Positions 50,420-55,818 of a stretch of 55,818 nucleotides of DNA are shown in pieces (position 1 is the first letter of the stretch; each line of letters opens with the position of its first letter). The translations under genes and the position numbers were made by a program. The stretch is from Paracoccaceae bacterium (GTDB lineage: Bacteria; Pseudomonadota; Alphaproteobacteria; Rhodobacterales; Rhodobacteraceae), in contig JBNKFC010000511.1 in assembly GCA_050289105.1 (NCBI GenBank), positions 1-55,818 of the forward strand, in the 5' to 3' direction. Under the pieces are notes generated by a model that saw only the letters and a list, made by a program, of their open reading frames with translations, did no database searches and was not told where the DNA came from.

Positions 50420-51097
50420 TCAAGCGGGATCGTAGATGTAGCCGATGCCACGCACCGTGCGGATGACCTCCGGTTTTTGCGGGTTGCGCTCAATCTTTTT
50501 GCGGATGCGTGAGATACGGATGTCGATAGACCGGTCGAACGGGTCCCATGACCTGTCATGCGCGCCTTCAAGGATCTGGTCGCGGTTCAGGACCCGGCCG
50601 CGATTCTCGGCGAAGTGCTTGAGCAGTCGGAACTCCATCGCCGTCAGCGGAACTTCACGCCCTTCGGAGTCGACCAGCTTCGCTGCGTCAGCATGAAGCC
50701 AAGTTTTGCCGAAGGGATAGATCCGCGACTGCTTGGATGGGCTCTGCTGCGTCTGTTCCGCCGTATCCTTGCCCGGCGCCGGCGCGAACAAATCAACGAG
50801 CATGTTCACCAGCGAGACCTCCGGCCCTTTGCTGACATCTTCCGCCACGGTTCGGGCAGCGTGCCAATGTGGTCGGACTTCGGCGCGTGCACCCGTCATT
50901 GCGGTCACTTTCCCCCGGTTCAGGACGTTTGCCACAGCAAGTTGCCTCTCGAAGGACGTGAGGTTGGCGTGCTTGGCGACCACGTTCATGAGAGCGATGA
51001 ACGAACCGACGTCAATCTGAACAACCGGCGACGAACCGCCTTTGGGTAGTTCATATGCCAGGGAGGCGGCGGACATTTTGCGTTCCTTTTCGTTCAT
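50420..51097 (-). CDS. OmpR/PhoB-type winged-helix regulator with a non-receiver N-terminus
   Basis: C-terminal LTAMEFRLL..F....GRVLNRDQIL...DRSIDIRISRIRKKIE...IRTVRGIGY; no acidic REC motifs in the N-terminus. Confidence 0.82.
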   Translation of the reverse strand: MNEKERKMSAASLAYELPKGGSSPVVQIDVGSFIALMNVVAKHANLTSFERQLAVANVLNRGKVTAMTGARAEVRPHWHAARTVAEDVSKGPEVSLVNMLVDLFAPAPGKDTAEQTQQSPSKQSRIYPFGKTWLHADAAKLVDSEGREVPLTAMEFRLLKHFAENRGRVLNRDQILEGAHDRSWDPFDRSIDIRISRIRKKIERNPQKPEVIRTVRGIGYIYDPA

Positions 51098-51136
51098 GCA
51101 GAAGCGCGCGTACCGTGCTTCCTGCCTTTTCGTTGT

Positions 51137-51535
51137 TTAAGATCTCAGACCATGGAGAGCGGCTTTGCGCAGAAAGACGTCGCTCCGACCGCCGGACAAC
51201 CCGATGTCCTTGAGAATGTGGGTGCTCAGATAGTCCAACTCGCGATCGGCCATCCGCCGCATGCCCGCCTGTTTGCGCACCTCTCTTTTCGTCCTGATAG
51301 CTGTCACGGCCGCGTCGATGATACCGATGCATTCGGCGACGAAGCCGGCGCGCTGGCGGGAAATGGCAGGCGTATCCGGCGATGCGTCGAAAAATCTGGC
51401 CGACGCGCCGCCCCGGAGGACAACCAGCGGCCCTCGGGTCGTGTTTGCAGGCATGTTCGCCGCCTTGGGCGGGAATGCGGCCGGGGAGCGGCTGTCTTTC
51501 CGGTGAGATGCGGCGCTCGCATTAGTGTTGTGCAT
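51137..51535 (-). CDS. DUF1127 (YjiS-like) domain protein, long form
   Basis: C-terminal RELDYLSTHILKDIGLS signature preceded by an Arg-rich helix; AGGA RBS. Confidence 0.7.
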   Translation of the reverse strand: MHNTNASAASHRKDSRSPAAFPPKAANMPANTTRGPLVVLRGGASARFFDASPDTPAISRQRAGFVAECIGIIDAAVTAIRTKREVRKQAGMRRMADRELDYLSTHILKDIGLSGGRSDVFLRKAALHGLRS

Positions 51536-51933
51536 GTCGTTTCCTATCGTTCGGTCATGTAATAAGCGTCACCGCGTGTGAGAGCGGTCCCGGCCAGAAG
51601 TGGCCGATCGGTCATCAAGAGGGTGGCTGGTGACGCGGCCGACCATGATCGGCATGAGCAAAAACTCTCGCGCCACCGCACTGCCAAAGTGCTGAAAAAC
51701 GCACCAGCCCACGGCGTCAAAGACAATACAATCTCTTTGAGCTAAAAAGCTCTTTTGTGCTACATTCTTGGTCGAAACTTCTTTGGTTACTTCAGTCGCC
51801 ACGCTCCGGTCAGACTGCCAGTTTGGAGATTGAGTCCTTGTGGCCGCCGTCTGATCTGAACGTGCGGATGTTTTTATTGATCGACCCGTCAACATCAAAC
51901 GAATTGTTCGTATGCATTCGATAAGGAACGCTA

Positions 51934-52806
51934 ATGGACACAGAACTGTATCGCACGTTCCTTGCCATCGCCGATTCCGGCGGCTTCACTTCCGCCGCAC
52001 AAATCGTCGGTCGCACTCAGTCCGCCGTGAGCCAGCAGATCAAGCGGCTTGAGGACATGCTTGGCCAGCCCCTTTTCGACCGGGCAGCGACTCCGGTCAC
52101 GCTCACGGAATACGGCAAGTCACTCTTGCGCCCCGCGCGCCAGATCGTGGAAACGCACGACGAGGCCATGGCGATGTTTCGACGGACTGCGTTCGAGGGG
52201 ATCGTCGTCGTTGGCGTTGCGGATGCCTACGTGAACCGGATCTTGAAAGATGTCATGACCGAATTCGCGAAGCTATTGCCGCAGGGCACAATCAGTATCG
52301 TGATCGACGATTCCCTAGGCCTGTCGCGGCGCATCGCTAACGGATCTGTGGACCTCGCCTTCGTGACGGAGGGGAACTGTCCCACGCGCGGCCCGGTCGC
52401 GTTCACCGACCGTCTGGTCTTGGTTGGGCCATCCGAGGTTAATCTTAGCAAGGTCGATCCCCTGCCCGTCGCGGTCTGGGATGAGCGCAACCAGGACGAG
52501 TTGCCCCTTGTTGCCGCTCTGGAAGCAATGAACAGGCGCTATCGCCCGGTCTGCGTATGCCGGAGCGTCTTCGCCCAGCACCAGGCCGTTACTGCCAATC
52601 TTTGCGTCGCCGTCCTGGTCGAGGGCAGCATGGTCGCAGGCGAACGAGCGTACCTAGAGGAGGACGGGTTTCCGGTGATGAAACACCTGAATATTCGGCT
52701 GGAGAGATCCTACGCAAAGCGCTCGCCTGTCGTCGAGCAACTGGAAAAGCACTATCTTAATTTCTTCGCAGGGACGAGTGCGGATCGGACGAGTCAGCCG
52801 GTGTAG
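51934..52806 (+). CDS. LysR-family regulator
   Basis: GGFTSAA..VGRTQSAVSQQIKRLE HTH; AAGGA RBS. Confidence 0.93.
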   Translation: MDTELYRTFLAIADSGGFTSAAQIVGRTQSAVSQQIKRLEDMLGQPLFDRAATPVTLTEYGKSLLRPARQIVETHDEAMAMFRRTAFEGIVVVGVADAYVNRILKDVMTEFAKLLPQGTISIVIDDSLGLSRRIANGSVDLAFVTEGNCPTRGPVAFTDRLVLVGPSEVNLSKVDPLPVAVWDERNQDELPLVAALEAMNRRYRPVCVCRSVFAQHQAVTANLCVAVLVEGSMVAGERAYLEEDGFPVMKHLNIRLERSYAKRSPVVEQLEKHYLNFFAGTSADRTSQPV

Positions 52807-53028
52807 TCCGAGGTGGCCCAGCGTGCGGCCGCGAACGGAGAACCTCTACCAGAACCAAGCAGATCTGAGATGCACAGTTTGAACTCACGTGGATTAATTG
52901 TAGTTTTCGTTGTTCACCCTGACATAGGATTTGGCGATTGACCGGTTCGTCCGCATCGCGGCACTGCGCGTCCCGCGTGTTATCATTGGCGTTAGCCAAG
53001 AACGGACAAACGGCGAGGAGGGGCGGCG

Positions 53029-53664
53029 ATGTACTAACCAACCGACGTGGTCAGCAGCGAAGAAGAAATTCGTAGCGTGATACCTGACCAGTTCTCTTCC
53101 CAAACTGGAAAGATAATTGACCACATCGACAAACATATTCGGCTTTGGATCGAACGCTCCCCTTTTCTGACCATAGCCACCTACAACGCTTCAGGCCAGG
53201 TCGACATTTCTCCAAAGGGCGATCCGGCCGGCTTCGTGAAAGTGTTGGATGACAAGACCCTTGCCATTCCGGATCGACCCGGAAATCATCGCTTCGACAC
53301 CTTTCTCAACATTCTGGATACAGGCCGCATCGCGGTCATGTTCATGGTTCCAAATCGACGCGAAGTCGTGCGGGTGAACGGCCGAGCACAGGTTGTACGC
53401 GACCGCTCGTTGCGAGAGAGCATGTCAATTCAGGGACGGGTACCAGACTTTGCCGTTGTGGTCCAAGTGGAGGAAGCGTTCTATCACTGCGGGAGGGCTG
53501 TTCTGCGGTCTCGACTTTGGGAGCCTGAAAAGGCAGTTTCCACAGACGGCCTTCCGACTTATGCGGAAGCTGTTTTCGAGCAGGCGAAGATCACCGACCG
53601 GAGCCTGGCCGAGTTGGACGAGGGGTTCCAAGGCAACGAGAAACATCGACTGTATGATGAATGA
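53029..53664 (+). pseudogene. Pyridoxamine 5'-phosphate oxidase-like FMN-binding protein (MSMEG_1061 type) with an early nonsense codon
   Basis: DISPKGDPAGFV, PDRPGN.R.D and HCGRA..RS.LW motifs. RBS GAGGAG precedes ATG-TAC-TAA in frame with the 53047 GTG ORF. Confidence 0.7.
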
Positions 53665-53779
53665 CGAGGTGGATGGAATTCGTCGACCTGACCAAACCCC
53701 ATAGGTTTCTGTAACCGACGAAAACGACCTTTTCTAACTGGCGTCCCGCCACGCGGTCATTGTTCCAGTTGCGGTTAAC

Positions 53780-53904
53780 GACAGCAACGTTTCGCAATGC
53801 GGACACTCCTCGGGCTGAAATGCTGCGAGATCGACCAAAGTCCGGTCCGGCGGGCTGCGCCGCGGCGCCAAAGGAGTCGCGGCAACGTCGGCTCAGGGCC
53901 GTTC
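53780..53904. repeat. Degenerate inter-module repeat cluster 5, abutting the integrase 3' end
   Basis: (-) GGCCCTGAGCCGACGTTGCCGCG 53878-53900; GCTGCGCCGCGGCGC 53854-53868 matches 50089-50103 at 14/15. Confidence 0.65.
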
Positions 53905-53920
53905 AATCTAGTCCGCAACG

Positions 53921-54950
53921 CTACTTGCGAATGCTAACGACATTTGCATTGCAATCAGATCGAGCCGCGACGGTTGCCCATGCCTCCATCAACGCGCGCC
54001 GCCTATCGAAAAGGTCAGACCGCGCATACGCCGCCTCTGCCTTGTCTTTGATCCCATGCGCCAGCGCGGCTTCAATCACCTCACGCGGGAAGCCTGTTGT
54101 TTCCCCGGCCCAATCGCGGAAGGTGGAGCGAAAACCATGGACTGCTATTTCGGTGCGCTCCATGCGGCGGAGAACTGCAGTCATACTCATGTCGGAAATA
54201 GGTTTTCCAGGTTTGGCCTCGCTTTCAAAGACAAGCTTCTCGTTGGCGTCCTCTTGGCCGCGCGTGCCCAGCAAGGCGAGGGCGAATTCGCTCAAAGGAA
54301 CGCGATGTTCCTTTCCCGCCTTCATCCGCTCCGCTGGAATAGTCCAGACACGCGCGTCAAGATCAACCTCGCCCCAGGTCGTGCCGCGCGTCTCACCAGA
54401 CCGCGCCGCCGCCAGGATGGTGAAGCCCAACGCCCGAGCAGCAACGCCATCACGCGCGACCAGATCGGTCATGAAATCGGCAATCTTTGCGTGGGGAAGC
54501 GCCGGGTGATGCTTGACTGCACGAACCTTCTTGGGCTTCGGCAACAAGTGGTCCAGATGACCGCGCCAGCGCGCCGGGTTTTCATTAGTGCGGATGCCCA
54601 GCGCCGAGGCATAGTCGATCACCGCTTCGATCCGTTGACGCACCGGGCTGGCCGTCTCGGGCTTCTGTGACCAGATCGGGGTGAGTGTCGAGATCACGTC
54701 TGCCGTTTCGATCTTGGCAACCTGGACCGCGCCGATCTTCGGGAAGACGTATGCCTCAAGCGTCGCAGTCCATTGCGCCGCGTGCTTGGCGTTCTTCCAG
54801 CTGGGGCGCTTGCTCTCGATCAACTCCAACGCGGCTTCGCGGAAGGTCTTGGGCTTCGCTTGCTGTTTCTTCGTGATGGGGTCCCGACCCTCAGCAATCA
54901 ACCGTCGCGCCTCCGCTCCGCGTTCGCGCGCCATCGCAAGGCTCACCGCT
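53921..54950 (-). mobile_element. P4-type tyrosine integrase, N-terminally truncated
   Basis: WKNAKH..QW, AARSGE (R), MKAGKEH (K), HGFR (HxxR), LAH and AYAR (Y) are all present. Homology starts only at the end of the arm-binding domain (AVSLAMARE); no convincing RBS. Confidence 0.85.
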
Positions 54951-55128
54951 TCCGCCAAAACAATGCATCTTTGCAGGGCAACACCGTTCATGGTCGGCGG
55001 CGCGACCCTCCCGTGAAATAGTGTGGAAAGCTGTCCGGTCGCAGGAAAAGCAAAATCTGGCTGGCGTGGCGGCCCCATCTGCAAGCGAAGCGATGCGGCG
55101 CTTGCGCGGATCTGTTTGAGGGAAGCTC

Positions 55129-55147
55129 AGGCCCGACCGTCGGGCCT
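55129..55147. terminator. Hairpin downstream of the dimethylformamidase-family gene
   Basis: AGGCCCGAC-C-GTCGGGCCT; no clear U-tract. Confidence 0.35.
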
Positions 55148-55189
55148 TCCAGAGACGCCTGCAACTATCCGAAGCTCCGCCCGGACAGG

Positions 55190-55818
55190 TCACGGACCGC
55201 CCCATGCCCCCGTCAGCAGCCGCCGCGTCACCTTCTCGACGGCCAGGTCACGCGCAATGAGACCGGCGACCCATTCGCAGCTTCCGGCATTGAAGACTGC
55301 GCCCCGGCCGCGGCGGTATTCGGCCATCATCCCGTTGCCCCGCGCGAACCTTGCGAGCGCATCTGCCGACTGGTCCCCAAGCAAGGTCGCGGCCAGATGC
55401 TCGGCATCCGCGCTGCCAATGAACTCATCGGCGTCGGCGGGGCTGTCCGAATGGGCAAGGGTCGTGGCCGGTGACAGGCCGACGATGTCGAGGCTTCCGT
55501 CAAGGCGGGCGTCACCGGCGGGGAAGGGCAGGCCGCGGGTCATGACGTAGTCAATACCGTCGACCTCGTAGCCGAATATCCGCGCCTCCGCGCCCAGAAC
55601 ATCGCCGTATCCGAGTCCCGTGCCCTGCATGGCCCAGTGGTCGGGCCGGTAGATGGTGAAGCCGCCCGATCCGTGCGCCGCGCAGCGGCTCCAACCGGCA
55701 TAGACCCCCGCCGATCCGGTCAGACCCATGGTCAGGGTGGCGGGGCGGCGGACAAGGGGGTGATCCCAGTAACTGGTCAGACGCGTCCGATCCCCTGTCA
55801 TCGCCGGGTCTTCGTCCT
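55190..55818 (-). CDS. N,N-dimethylformamidase large (beta) subunit-family protein, 3' part
   Basis: HWAM.GTGL..GD..G, GYEVDG and G.VFNAGSCEW motifs; open to the window edge. Confidence 0.78.
   Translation of the reverse strand, partial: DEDPAMTGDRTRLTSYWDHPLVRRPATLTMGLTGSAGVYAGWSRCAAHGSGGFTIYRPDHWAMQGTGLGYGDVLGAEARIFGYEVDGIDYVMTRGLPFPAGDARLDGSLDIVGLSPATTLAHSDSPADADEFIGSADAEHLAATLLGDQSADALARFARGNGMMAEYRRGRGAVFNAGSCEWVAGLIARDLAVEKVTRRLLTGAWGGP

Noticed and set aside
49878-50435. 185-aa plus-strand ORF and overlapping ORFs
   Set aside because: They span repeat cluster 4 and a terminator-like hairpin, with no motif or RBS; probably non-coding.
51098-51136. Cuckoo/CcsR sRNA repeats downstream of DUF1127
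   Set aside because: No CCTCCTCCC loops; the gap is only 39 bp.
51877-51892. FNR box TTGATCGACCCGTCAA before the LysR
   Set aside because: The spacer is 6 bp rather than 4.
47121-53904. CRISPR array or canonical integron
   Set aside because: The repeats are degenerate, in mixed orientation and separated by kb-scale genes. No cas genes are present, the integrase is P4-type rather than IntI, and no consistent attC ends were seen.
54950-55190. tRNA attachment site beside the integrase
   Set aside because: No T-loop GTTCGA with cloverleaf pairing was found.

Overview
GC-rich alphaproteobacterial DNA, probably Rhodobacteraceae (inferred from gene content). Four blocks. (1) 1-30.9 kb: a dense acid-sugar catabolic supercluster. 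It holds Weimberg-type genes (IlvD/Edd dehydratase start, xylX, lactonase), idnO/idnD, kdgK, tetronate genes (denD, ltnD-otnK-otnC-otnI), D-apionate genes (apnO, oiaK, a RuBisCO-like protein), uxuAB, a TRAP transporter and several enzymes of unknown substrate. A repeated TTGGTATACCAA operator links four of its promoter regions. (2) 31-37 kb: a LuxR solo, MmgE/PrpD, LysR and a dimethylglycine-dehydrogenase-like gene. (3) 37.4-46.8 kb: a complete N-type ATPase operon (atpDCQRBEFAG) converging on a LOG + beta-CASP pair. Each outer end has an FNR-type box, and a universal-stress-protein remnant leads the ATPase operon. (4) 46.9-55.1 kb: an accessory patchwork of unrelated short gene modules separated by clusters of one degenerate, hairpin-forming repeat. 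It ends in an N-terminally truncated P4-type tyrosine integrase, followed by the 3' end of a dimethylformamidase-family gene. No rRNA, tRNA or CRISPR array was seen. All calls come from reading the sequence by eye; no searches were run.
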